This document shows, one piece after another, positions 21,001 through 29,223 of a stretch of 64,000 nt of DNA. This DNA comes from Chitinophagales bacterium. Its GTDB lineage: Bacteria > Bacteroidota > Bacteroidia > Chitinophagales > Saprospiraceae. A program made the translations under genes and the position numbers. Location: NCBI GenBank assembly GCA_046316495.1, contig JBKDAM010000148.1:2704-66703 (forward strand). The letters are read 5' to 3'. The notes beneath the pieces were generated by a model. It was given only the letters and a program-made list of their open reading frames with translations, ran no database searches and was not told the origin of the DNA. Positions within the stretch are counted from its first letter, which is position 1; each line of letters starts with the position of its first letter.

Positions 21001-21363
21001 GATCCGGAGCATGTGTATTCTGCCCCCGGATCCTATGTGGTGAAGCTGTTGGTAGAGAACGACTGTGGATTGGATACTTATGTTGATACTATTTTGGTAC
21101 TAACGTCTGGAATAAATCCGTTGCCTTCTGATTGGACCAGCGTTCTTTTTCCAAATCCCAACAATGGACAATTTCAATTTAGTCTGCAGCTGGGAGAGGA
21201 CCTCTCTATTTCGATTTTAAATGTACTTGGAGAGGTGTTGTACACACCGTCCGAACTAAAAGGGGCTTTGCCTTATGTAAGAGTTGATTTGCCGCCGGGA
21301 GTATATATATTGGTATGGCGCTCTGGAGGGCTGGTAGGTCAGGTGCGATTTGCTGTTCAGTAG
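18043..21363 (+). CDS. Large secreted multidomain protein: ConA/LamG-like N-domain, PKD, clan GH-A-like TIM-barrel core, PKD, T9SS C-terminal sorting domain
   Basis: 1106 aa with a signal peptide. There are two PKD-type segments (FDPEGGALTYRWDFGDG and GGEQYKWDFGDGTFS). The central segment MLRFMDWGATNNN...LEYSNEVWNW...IVTYEGGQHF has an NE and a later E separated by 137 residues. The C-terminus, LFPNPNNGQFQFSL...VYILVWRS, looks like a T9SS type-A sorting domain. Confidence 0.7.
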   Translation: MRGLPFFILLACFQIIQAQPCLYLAYEPFSYSESQPLNNLGGGSGWWSPWDVQGGNSILPGYGTYSGSLSFETLQVAEGHVGGGYGYLTAGRRFDLSSSGPFHEYTENGGGIGSSKMGTVYMSGIMRKLKDNQESLFFSLHGEQIPWYVNNPNPHLEIGYFGSASEMNGIKYWCIRIDGNIFKTTVPIELNEDALLVIQLEFGPSGTTVHYWVNPSDIGGGQVPSPLFSQFFNEFYSIRSLGMYLGSSPENGLADELRLAGSFECVVPDMNTLINLPPIASIITSASSGAAPFFVELDGSASFDPEGGALTYRWDFGDGLEADTGKVVEHTYQALGVLQVILTVTDPEGLQQKAYYPLKVLDEYGGFPCQSKFTVLNMAECGMPTGHVKVGVGNDVTFQVYSPLGSLLTANPPTEYTGLLPGIYEYTAIGSNGCRDTFFWHIEVDSTACETWEAPECKMAIGTNLGGLADWSFERPFRNLMKHVRSRPIPFTNDCFCWAIDSLVEEIVFDPSGYPSKIPQVTSAGESYLRYVISSGGGNLRPGYTYLLLYDGQGTLLLQGSVNVLSSSVGRIAFTVTAPENIWFNLTYSSAIDPVRNIRLIRLEDEFIDLNDFPFYEGFLEKIAPFKMLRFMDWGATNNNNIVTWEARKDTSWYTYSGSTGVPYEMMIRLANLTKKDVWICVPHAADDHFVRQMAGLFKEYLDPSLTIYLEYSNEVWNWIFAQAAYNDLNRPSNLNYARAYSEKARRVFNLWLDEFGAEQKRIKRVLGIQTLYNTLNEDILGQLDQESWDIGAATHYFGLNHSGGGNPVLHAGSTLSEVLENAKNEWFSTIPNLRRDYNQIKLFGKPIVTYEGGQHFVGNVFGVPYSYQEAMWEAQYAPGMYDLYDMVLDSIRNWGCSLAGNFSLAGKQESVYGSWGVLSDIDQDPPYFSTAPKYQVLLDNISEIMAPTASFSIEINGLEVHFENLSTGGEQYKWDFGDGTFSELMDPEHVYSAPGSYVVKLLVENDCGLDTYVDTILVLTSGINPLPSDWTSVLFPNPNNGQFQFSLQLGEDLSISILNVLGEVLYTPSELKGALPYVRVDLPPGVYILVWRSGGLVGQVRFAVQ

Positions 21364-21491
21364 AATAAATGGTTGCTTGTAGACCAGAATATTGTTAATA
21401 TCGAATAAATGGACACAGTTAATGCGTTACCGAATAAAATAAGTATTAAAACACTTAATTTTGCATCACGTGCACAATCGCGCTTACTACC

Positions 21492-21947
21492 ATGACACTT
21501 GAGGAAGAACTAAAGAATTCCACTCCGATTCCGCCTAGAACAAGGGCGGTATTAAATGTTCTGTTTACGGCAAGCTGGCTTGACTGTCAGATGAACCGGG
21601 ACATGAGAAAGTATGGATTGACGAATCCGCAGTATAACATATTGCGAATTCTCAAAGGGAGTCGTCCGGATGGTCTTTCGGTTCTTGATATAAAGAGTCG
21701 AATGATTGATCGGAGTAGTAATGTTAGTCGGTTAGTAGAAAAACTTAGGGAACAAGGGCTGGTTGTGCGTACACCGAGCTCAGCGGATCGTCGTATGGTG
21801 GTTGTAACGATTACAGACAGTGGGTTGGAGTTGTTGGATAAGATTCAGAAAGAGGTTATGTCTAATGACGAGGGATTTCCTGGCACTAATTTGAGTGAAG
21901 AAGAGATGCAGCAGCTTTCAGTCTTATTGGATCGACTTAGGGGATAA
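21492..21947 (+). CDS. MarR-family transcriptional regulator
   Basis: 151 aa with a winged-helix segment, LTNPQYNILRILKGSRPDGLSVLDIKSRMIDRSSNVSRLVEKLREQGLV. Confidence 0.8.
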   Translation: MTLEEELKNSTPIPPRTRAVLNVLFTASWLDCQMNRDMRKYGLTNPQYNILRILKGSRPDGLSVLDIKSRMIDRSSNVSRLVEKLREQGLVVRTPSSADRRMVVVTITDSGLELLDKIQKEVMSNDEGFPGTNLSEEEMQQLSVLLDRLRG

Positions 21948-21964
21948 ATAGGTGTGGGATTTTA

Positions 21965-22867
21965 TCAGAAAAAGATTTCTTGGGCTGATTTAAATGTGTT
22001 GACGTGCGCATCGACGATGTCTGCTACTTTTGGTGAGTATCCTCCACCCATGCTTACAACGACCGGTATTTTATTTCTTTTACAGAACTCAAAAACCATT
22101 TGATCTCTTTTTTTACAGCCTGCTCTAGAAATTGAAAGTCTACCGAGCTTATCTGTTTCTAAGATGTCCACCCCACTTTGGTAGAAGATAAAGGTAGGCT
22201 GGAATTTATTTGCAATTTGTGCGAGCTGGGTTTCAAGGGTTTCCAGATAAGGCTGATCTGTTAAGCCGTCTGGGAGTTCTATATCAAGGTCTGACTTTTC
22301 TTTCCTAAGGGGATAATTTTTTGCTCCGTGCATGGAGAAAGTGAATACGCGAGCCTCACCTTGAAAAATCGAGGCGGTTCCGTTTCCTTGATGAACATCT
22401 AAGTCTATGATGAGGATCTTTTGATTTGGATCCTTTTGGAGTAGCCAATTTGCTGCAACAGCTTGGTCATTTAGACAGCAGAACCCCTCTCCCCTATTAG
22501 CAAATGCATGGTGGGTTCCTCCTGCTACATTCATTGCCACCCCGTGTTGAAGTGCGTAAGAGACACATTGAATGGTTCCACCAGAGATATATCTTCCTCT
22601 TTCAATAAAATGTTGATTTATAGGAAAGCCAATTGCGCGTTCTTCGCTTTTGGATAGGGTTAGATTGGTTAGCTTATCCCAATAGGATTTTGTATGTGTT
22701 TGGAGTGCAATTGCCTCATCCAGTATTTGAGGATGAAAAAACTGTCTTTCTTGAACAATGCCTTCATAGAGTAGTTGTTCAGCAATGAGTTCATACTTGA
22801 CCATAGGGAAACGGTGACCCTCCGGAAGCTCATATCGATAAATAGGGGCGAAGGCAATGTGCAGCAT
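21965..22867 (-). CDS. Histone deacetylase-family (class II-like) deacetylase/amidohydrolase
   Basis: 300 aa. It carries GGTHHAF, IIDLDVHQGNGT and a FSMHG...YP block. Confidence 0.85.
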   Translation of the reverse strand: MLHIAFAPIYRYELPEGHRFPMVKYELIAEQLLYEGIVQERQFFHPQILDEAIALQTHTKSYWDKLTNLTLSKSEERAIGFPINQHFIERGRYISGGTIQCVSYALQHGVAMNVAGGTHHAFANRGEGFCCLNDQAVAANWLLQKDPNQKILIIDLDVHQGNGTASIFQGEARVFTFSMHGAKNYPLRKEKSDLDIELPDGLTDQPYLETLETQLAQIANKFQPTFIFYQSGVDILETDKLGRLSISRAGCKKRDQMVFEFCKRNKIPVVVSMGGGYSPKVADIVDAHVNTFKSAQEIFF

Positions 22868-22948
22868 AAATCGGCGACCTAAATGATATCAGCTTATATA
22901 ATCAATAGTGCTTAAAAAGGTTCATACACGAATCGAGTAGTAGGCCTT

Positions 22949-24625
22949 TTACTTGGTTGCGGTTACTTTTACTATTTCAACGGGAATCAACTTACTTTCT
23001 CGCGTTTTGGGGTTTAAAAAGGGCATACTTAACAATGCAGGTTGGTAGTGCTTAAATTGGGCTACTATTTCGTAAGGAATCCCAGCTGCGTCGAGCTGTT
23101 CTCTTCCACCCTCTCTGGTATAGATCCAAATTGGGCCATTTAACTGAACGGAATCTAGGACTTCTTCGGCTGTGTTCAGGTGTGGGATGATGCTTTTACT
23201 ATAAAAGTCTAGGGCGTGTCCTCCATACCCCATTTGTGCACGTTGTCGAATAGGGATATTCTTTTCATGAAAGTACCTACCCGCGGCAGTTGTACTTTGG
23301 AAAGGGAGAAGACTAGGATAAAAATGAGCATTTAGAATCAAGCCAATTAGCAAACCAGTTCCAGTTTGTAATTGCCAGTAAGTCAAGGGGTTTAAAAGAG
23401 CGGGATACGTTTTGTACAGGATCCAGCAGGACCCAATTATTAAGGGCACCCAGATTAGCAGTTTGGCAGGGCTCTGAGCGGGGAACACAATTCCGGTGAT
23501 AAGGGCGAGGATAAGCACTAAAAGGAGTGTGATTACCCATTGTGCGATTGCCCATTTTTTAAGTTTTGTAGTGGTGATTGCCCACTGGGCGGTGATTACG
23601 GCTCCCCAGGGGAGCGTAATAAAAATGTAGTGTGGGAGTTTATATTTGGAAAGAGAAAGAGCAATGAATAGCAAGGTGAATGCACCAATTGAATAGGCTT
23701 CTTCACCTTGGGCAAGTTGCAGTTTATTAGACAATAACTTTTTAAATTTAGAAAAAAGACTTGGAATTAGGAAAAGTGTCCAAGGTAAAAATGCCCATGC
23801 GTACACGTGTAGGAAGTAGAAACTAGACGTGTTGTTTTTCCATACATTTTCACCCGTGATGCGCCCGAAGCTTTGCTCCCAGAAATAGAAGTAGAGACCG
23901 GAAACCCCTTCTTTTCCATTTACTATTTTCTCTGGGTGTAAATCAAACTGGTGGTAAAGTCCGACACACATTGGAGTGATAGTCAAAGCAATGATTAGTG
24001 GGATTAGAAGCAATTCCCACCTAAGAGCGTGGCGCCAATTGTTGGAGAGTACTAGATGTGCGGCCAAGGCTGCTCCAGGTAGGATGAGCCCAATGGGGCC
24101 TTTTGCAAGCATTGCTAACCCAACAAAGATCCCGGTTCCAATTAGGAAGGAATATTTTTTTTTAAGCTGATATTCGGCTAGCATCCAGACGGAGGTTGCG
24201 GACATACCCATAAGCAGAGTGTCGGTACGAACATCATTAAGTAGTAGCCAGCATCCAACGGTGGAGCCTAGAATAAAGGCTGCTAATGTTGCTACCTCCT
24301 TGCTATAATAGAGCTTGGAAAAACGATAAACGCTGTATATGCCTAAAATAGCTCCGAGAAACGAAGGAAGTTTATATGCCCAAGTATTGATACCGAAGAG
24401 GAGGTAGGAAAAGGCGGCTGTCCAAAATAGAAGGGGCGGTTTATCTAGATAATCTGCATGCCGGTGTTGTACTTCCAGCCAGGATCCATTTTGGAGCATC
24501 TCCATTGAAATTGACGCATACTGGGAAGCGTCCACATCCATAACAGGGAGATTAAGACCCTTAATACCGACTATTAGGATACCGAGGGCCAACCAAAACC
24601 AGTTGTTTTTGGTAAATTTCTTCAT
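22949..24625 (-). CDS. Glycosyltransferase family 39 (ArnT/PMT-like) membrane protein
   Basis: It is polytopic, with a YLDKPPLLFW loop motif after the first helix. The ATG at 24625 (MKKFTKNNWFWLALG) lies 4 nt after the dnaB stop. The ORF-track start at 24649 would overlap dnaB. Confidence 0.75.
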   Translation of the reverse strand: MKKFTKNNWFWLALGILIVGIKGLNLPVMDVDASQYASISMEMLQNGSWLEVQHRHADYLDKPPLLFWTAAFSYLLFGINTWAYKLPSFLGAILGIYSVYRFSKLYYSKEVATLAAFILGSTVGCWLLLNDVRTDTLLMGMSATSVWMLAEYQLKKKYSFLIGTGIFVGLAMLAKGPIGLILPGAALAAHLVLSNNWRHALRWELLLIPLIIALTITPMCVGLYHQFDLHPEKIVNGKEGVSGLYFYFWEQSFGRITGENVWKNNTSSFYFLHVYAWAFLPWTLFLIPSLFSKFKKLLSNKLQLAQGEEAYSIGAFTLLFIALSLSKYKLPHYIFITLPWGAVITAQWAITTTKLKKWAIAQWVITLLLVLILALITGIVFPAQSPAKLLIWVPLIIGSCWILYKTYPALLNPLTYWQLQTGTGLLIGLILNAHFYPSLLPFQSTTAAGRYFHEKNIPIRQRAQMGYGGHALDFYSKSIIPHLNTAEEVLDSVQLNGPIWIYTREGGREQLDAAGIPYEIVAQFKHYQPALLSMPFLNPKTRESKLIPVEIVKVTATK

Positions 24626-24629
24626 TGGA

Positions 24630-26627
24630 TCAGAATGGAATATCCTCATCGTTCATCCTAGAAGGGATAATGGTGGAGGGGGTAAAGGGGCCCGTGGAGG
24701 GGGTAAAGGGACCCGATAAGGGGTTTTCAAACCCCGGGAAAGAGGGGTCATCTAGGTTGGTGAACTTGGCGAAGTTGTCCAAGAATTTAATTCGGATGGT
24801 ATCCAGGGCTCCATGCCGGTGCTTTGCAACAATAAACTCAGCAATCCCCTTTAAGCTTTGGCCCTCTTCATCTTGCAGGATGCCATAGTATTCAGGTCTA
24901 TAAATAAACGAGACGATATCAGCATCTTGCTCAATAGCTCCTGAGTTATGGCTAATAATTCCATTAGCAATCCAAGAGGCGGTAGTTGGAACGGTGAGAT
25001 CGAACACCTCTTCTTCTCCATCGAATAATACGTTCTCGATCTGGCACCAATCTTGTTCGGTTGTTTCTTCCTCCTCTGATTCCGCAAGCACTAAGTGGGT
25101 AGCGTATTTTTTTGTATTGATTGCTAAAAAGTCATTGGTGGTTAGCTCTGACACGGTTTTCCATCCAGAAGAACTGAGTAAGCGATGTTCGGCGGTAGCT
25201 TTAATGTATTGGCCGTTTTGGAGGGTTATTTTCCAAACGCGCTTGACACCCACTGACCAAACCAGGTCTGTTTTTGCATTTATCAATAATTGGGATTCTG
25301 GGTCGAATGATCGAACCCAAGGAGTTTGTCCTACAAGGTCTCGAATTGGGACCTCTTCTCCATCTGCCAGCGTAACCCTCGTGTCTCCTGTAACGCATTC
25401 GCGGAGGTCACTTAGTTGAGGGCGTTTGCTTCCGCCTCTGGTTTCTACCGCCCGGCTCAACTGGGATAGTGCGATAACGGGTACGCTCAGTTCTTTCGCC
25501 ATGTTTTTTAGGGCGCGGGAAATCCCTGATATTTCTTGTTCGCGGTTACTATTTCGGTTGTTTTCGCTTGAGCCGGTCATTAACTGCAGGTAGTCGATGA
25601 TAACAAGTTGAATATCGTGCTGCATCTTGAGGCGGCGGCATTTTGCGCGCAGTTCAAAGATATTGATTCCGGGGGTATCGTCTATAAAAATGGGTACTTT
25701 TGACAGCTTATCCACTGTTTTTTGAAGCTGCTGCCATTGCCAGTCTTCCAGTTTTCCATTGCGCATTTTAGATCCCTCAATTTCTGCTTCCATGGAGATT
25801 AAGCGTTGAACCAACTGTGTGCTGGCCATCTCTAAAGAGAATAAAGCGACTGGTTTATTAAAATCCCGGGCAGCATTCAGGGTCATGGCAAGGACCATAC
25901 TTGTTTTACCCATACCAGGCCTAGCGGCTACAATAATTAAGTCTGATGGCTGCCAGCCTGAAGTTAGTCGGTCGAGATCTGTAAAGCCAGTTGGCACACC
26001 GGTCAGGCCATCTGCTTTTTGGGATAGTTCTTCGATTTGCTTAAGCACCTTACTGCTAAGCAGATCCATCGACTCATAGCTACGGCTCAGGTTGTTTTGA
26101 GTTATACCAAACAGTCCTTTTTCGGCGTCATCGAGAAGATCAAACACGTCTGTGGTATCTTCATAGGCATCTTTGATAATGCTGGTACTGACTCGAATAA
26201 GTTCTCGTTGGATATGTTTTTGGGCTACAATTCGGGCGTGGTACTCAATATTTGCTGCTGAGGCTACTCGATTCGTTAATTCAACCAAGTAATAGGGTCC
26301 TCCAATTTTTTCGAGTTCTCCGCTTTTTCTTATCTCTTCCGTGACGGTCAAAAGGTCGACGGGGTGTGAGCGTTCAAAGAGTCGTATGATGGCCCTGTAG
26401 ATGTGCTGATGTGCCTCTAAGTAGAAACTTTCTGGACGAAGGATATCCATTACAACGGGTAAGGCTTCCCGATCGAGCATGAGTGCTCCAAGGACTGCCT
26501 CTTCTAGTGGGAGTGCTTGTGGCTGCACTTTGCCAAATACGTAATTGGACAGACCTTCAGCATTGGCTTGGGCACTGCGTTGTTTGGGTTTGCGTCCGGC
26601 ACTACCGGTGTAATTCTCATCTGCCAT
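24630..26627 (-). CDS. dnaB: Replicative DNA helicase DnaB, interrupted by a mini-intein and carrying a C-terminal extension
   Basis: 665 aa. DnaB motifs present: AARPGMGKTS (Walker A), IIDYLQLM, and LSDLRE...SGAIEQDADIV, which is split by 151 aa. The C-terminus reads ...PLSGPFTPSTGPFTPSTIIPSRMNDEDIPF. Confidence 0.9.
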   Translation of the reverse strand: MADENYTGSAGRKPKQRSAQANAEGLSNYVFGKVQPQALPLEEAVLGALMLDREALPVVMDILRPESFYLEAHQHIYRAIIRLFERSHPVDLLTVTEEIRKSGELEKIGGPYYLVELTNRVASAANIEYHARIVAQKHIQRELIRVSTSIIKDAYEDTTDVFDLLDDAEKGLFGITQNNLSRSYESMDLLSSKVLKQIEELSQKADGLTGVPTGFTDLDRLTSGWQPSDLIIVAARPGMGKTSMVLAMTLNAARDFNKPVALFSLEMASTQLVQRLISMEAEIEGSKMRNGKLEDWQWQQLQKTVDKLSKVPIFIDDTPGINIFELRAKCRRLKMQHDIQLVIIDYLQLMTGSSENNRNSNREQEISGISRALKNMAKELSVPVIALSQLSRAVETRGGSKRPQLSDLRECVTGDTRVTLADGEEVPIRDLVGQTPWVRSFDPESQLLINAKTDLVWSVGVKRVWKITLQNGQYIKATAEHRLLSSSGWKTVSELTTNDFLAINTKKYATHLVLAESEEEETTEQDWCQIENVLFDGEEEVFDLTVPTTASWIANGIISHNSGAIEQDADIVSFIYRPEYYGILQDEEGQSLKGIAEFIVAKHRHGALDTIRIKFLDNFAKFTNLDDPSFPGFENPLSGPFTPSTGPFTPSTIIPSRMNDEDIPF
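24673..24714 (-). repeat. 2 x 21-nt tandem direct repeat encoding GPFTPST-GPFTPST in the dnaB 3' extension
   Basis: Plus-strand units are gtggagggggtaaaggggccc (24673-24693) and gtggagggggtaaagggaccc (24694-24714), with one mismatch. Confidence 0.9.
24945..25397 (-). other. Mini-intein (151 aa, no homing-endonuclease domain) inside dnaB
   Basis: It starts with Cys (codon 25397-25395) in CVTGDTRVTLADG (block A). It has TAEH (block B TxxH), then VFDLTVP...WIANGIISHN, ending in His-Asn (Asn codon 24947-24945). The +1 residue is Ser. Removing it restores the contiguous DnaB motif LSDLRESGAIEQDADIV. Confidence 0.85.
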
Positions 26628-26758
26628 AGGTACAAAGATGCTGGTTTTAGAGATTGGGTTTTGATTTCAAAACAATCCGTGTAAGGGAGCCTCTGTGAGT
26701 AAAGCATTAATCAATGTTGGTAACTTTGTTAATTTCGAGAGTTGCCAACATAAATACG

Positions 26759-26920
26759 GGGTTTTCCACATGGGTTTTCCACAATAAATATTTTACAAAG
26801 GCGCTAATTTAACACTGTGATCCGTAATAAGTTAAGGTAGAACACGTGGTAAATTACCTCCGTAATTGTGCGTTCTTTGAAATTATTTTTAAACTGTTTA
26901 TAAGTTTTTTTTGTGGTTAA
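26759..26920. promoter_or_regulatory. DnaA-box-like cluster upstream of dnaB
   Basis: GGGTTTTCCACA occurs twice in tandem (26759-26770 and 26772-26783). Each copy contains TTTTCCACA, which fits TTWTNCACA. A third near-box, TGTGGTTAA (reverse complement TTAACCACA), lies at 26912-26920 in an A/T-rich stretch. Confidence 0.35.
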
Positions 26921-26963
26921 AAAAGGATCGACGAAAAAACCAAATTTTGTTTTAAACGACCAT

Positions 26964-28280
26964 TTAATGTCCTTTTTTGACCGCTAAATAAGGATATCGT
27001 ACCGCATAAAATGTAATAAATCCAAAACAGATAAATGGGATTATCAGGGCATTTTGCATTCCGGCATTTTCTGACATGGTTGATATCATTCCAGCGATCG
27101 GGGGCAGGATAGCACCGCCCACAATCGCCATAATTACTAGAGAGGAGGCAAGTTTTTGCTCGTTTGTTTCAAGGTCATTGGTTGCCAATGCAAAAATGGT
27201 TGGAAAAACGATGCTATGAAAAAAATAAACCCACATAATACAAATGATAGCTGTAAGCCCGCCACTCATGAATGCGGTTGCTAGTAGGATTAATGCAGCT
27301 GTTGTGAAAAGCCCGAGTATCTTAGAGGCTGGGAATTTATTCATAAGGGCGGTACCTACAAAGCGCCCTAGCATGAATAGGACCAAGGCGAAGGATGCGT
27401 GAAAGCCTGCAATTTGCCCATTGGTCATGGTGTCTGTAACCTTGTATAACTGATTAACAAACCCCAAGTGTTGATCAGGTGCCATATCAAGCTTGAAGTC
27501 AACAAAATATCCCCATAGGGTTGCTTGGGCTCCCACGTTTGCTAGTTGGGCTAGTACACCAAGCGATAATCGAGGGTACTTTTTGAGAAGGGAAAAGACT
27601 TTTATCTCGGCCCCTTGTTTTTCTTCCTCCTGTCCAATTTCGGGCATTTGGGTCTTCCAGAAAAGAAGTGCCACCAAGGTAACAGCAATAGCAATAACCA
27701 GATAAGGTCCTTGGACCGAAAGGGCTGATTGGATACGAGCCTGAGCGATTTCGTCCGCTGTCATGGTGGAAAGCACCTCTGCGGAGTATTCTGTTTTTGA
27801 AAAGATAAAAAGCGATCCAATAATTGGGCCTAAGATAATGCTGATGCCGTTGAAAGATTGGGCCAAGTTTATTCTAAAACCGGACTTTTCTTTTGGTCCT
27901 AGAACCGTTACATATAAGTTTGCAGCAGTTTCTAGAAATGCTAGGCCGGATGCTATGGTAAAAAGGCATATTAGAAAAAATACGTACGCTTTAATATTAG
28001 CTGCTGGGTAAAACAGCAATGCCCCCAAAGCATATAGGCCCAATCCGGTTAAAATTCCTTTTTTATAGCCAAATCTTCGCATAAATATGCCTGCTGGGAT
28101 TGCCATTACGAAGTAACCAAGGTAGAACGCGGAGTCTACAATTCCAGCTTGCCACCGCTCTAGGTCGAGTGCAAACTGAAAGTGAGCAATGAGGGGTCCG
28201 TTTAGGCTATTAGCAATACCCCAAAGGAAGAATAGGCTGCAAACGAGCGCAAAGGGTATAATGTAGCTGTTTTTCGTCAT
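26964..28280 (-). CDS. MFS sugar transporter, FucP/GluP (fucose or glucose/galactose:H+ symporter) family
   Basis: 438 aa with 12-helix-like hydropathy. The N-terminus, FALVCSLFFLWGIANSLNGPLIAHFQ, and RRFGYKKGILTGLGLYALGALLF are typical of the FucP family. Confidence 0.8.
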   Translation of the reverse strand: MTKNSYIIPFALVCSLFFLWGIANSLNGPLIAHFQFALDLERWQAGIVDSAFYLGYFVMAIPAGIFMRRFGYKKGILTGLGLYALGALLFYPAANIKAYVFFLICLFTIASGLAFLETAANLYVTVLGPKEKSGFRINLAQSFNGISIILGPIIGSLFIFSKTEYSAEVLSTMTADEIAQARIQSALSVQGPYLVIAIAVTLVALLFWKTQMPEIGQEEEKQGAEIKVFSLLKKYPRLSLGVLAQLANVGAQATLWGYFVDFKLDMAPDQHLGFVNQLYKVTDTMTNGQIAGFHASFALVLFMLGRFVGTALMNKFPASKILGLFTTAALILLATAFMSGGLTAIICIMWVYFFHSIVFPTIFALATNDLETNEQKLASSLVIMAIVGGAILPPIAGMISTMSENAGMQNALIIPFICFGFITFYAVRYPYLAVKKGH

Positions 28281-28290
28281 GATTTGTCAC

Positions 28291-29223
28291 TTATTGTAGG
28301 TGGAGGATCATATCTTTTGTCATAGCATCCAGGTTATATTCTGGTTTCCAGCCCCAGTCGTTTCTCGCAGCGCTATCATCAATGGAAGCGGGCCAAGAAT
28401 CAGCAATAGCTTGCCTAAAATCTGGTTGGTAGGTAATGTTAAAACCTGGAATTAATTTTTGTATGCTGGATGCGATTTCAGCTGGAGTAAACGTCATACC
28501 TGCCAAGTTGTAGCTTGTTCGCACGTTTAGTTTATCAGAAGGGGCTTCCATAAGTTCCAAGGTTGCTCGGATTGCATCCGGCATATACAGCATTGGAAGA
28601 GCCGTATTGGCATGTAGGAAGCATGGGAAAACTTCCCCGCGGATGGCATAATGATAGATGTCCACTGCATAATCTGTGGTGCCTCCTCCTGGGAGGCTTT
28701 GATAACCGATAATGCCTGGGTAACGGAGTGATCTGACGTCAACTCCGTATCGTTTATGGTAGTAGTTGGCCCAGTTTTCACCTGTTGCCTTGCTAATTCC
28801 GTACACGGTTTCAGGAATTAGGACTTCTAATTGTGGCGTGTTTTCGTGTCTAGCTCCTTGACCAAAAACAGCGATGGAGGAGGGATAGTAAACTTTGTGC
28901 AGTGGTTTTTGTCGTGCAATCTCCAAAACGTTAAGTAGGCTTGTCATATTGATATCCCAAGCTTTCAGAGGATCCTTTTCCCCGGTGGCACTTAAGATGG
29001 CCGCTAAGTGGTATACTTGGGTTATTTGGTATTTGGAGACCACATCGTTTAGGGCTTGACCATCTAATGCATTTAGGACTATAGAAGGCCCACTGGATTC
29101 TGGCAGTGGTTTAAGGTCAGAAGCAATAACTTGGGATTGCCCATAAACAGACCGCAGGGCTTCGGTCAAAACGGTACCAATTTGTCCACCGGCACCAATA
29201 ACTAGAATGCACTCTTTTTGCAT
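28291..29223 (-). CDS. Extended-SDR NAD-dependent epimerase/dehydratase-fold enzyme, L-threonine 3-dehydrogenase-like
   Basis: It has the Rossmann motif ILVIGAGGQIGTVLTEALRSVYG..VIASD and a YGISK catalytic block. The likely start is the ATG at 29223 (MQKECILVIG). The ORF track extends to 29259. Confidence 0.65.
   Translation of the reverse strand: MQKECILVIGAGGQIGTVLTEALRSVYGQSQVIASDLKPLPESSGPSIVLNALDGQALNDVVSKYQITQVYHLAAILSATGEKDPLKAWDINMTSLLNVLEIARQKPLHKVYYPSSIAVFGQGARHENTPQLEVLIPETVYGISKATGENWANYYHKRYGVDVRSLRYPGIIGYQSLPGGGTTDYAVDIYHYAIRGEVFPCFLHANTALPMLYMPDAIRATLELMEAPSDKLNVRTSYNLAGMTFTPAEIASSIQKLIPGFNITYQPDFRQAIADSWPASIDDSAARNDWGWKPEYNLDAMTKDMILHLQ

Noticed and set aside
24994-25419. 141-aa plus-strand ORF inside dnaB (over the intein region), and similar antisense ORFs in dnaB
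   Set aside because: It is antisense to a gene with unambiguous DnaB and intein motifs. Its Ser-rich, low-complexity translation gives no independent support.
26628-26963. Calling the dnaB upstream spacer a complete oriC
   Set aside because: Only two good DnaA-box-like sites and one weak one are visible. There is no clear 13-mer-type DUE repeat set. I cannot compute replicon-wide GC skew from one window. It is reported only as a DnaA-box cluster.
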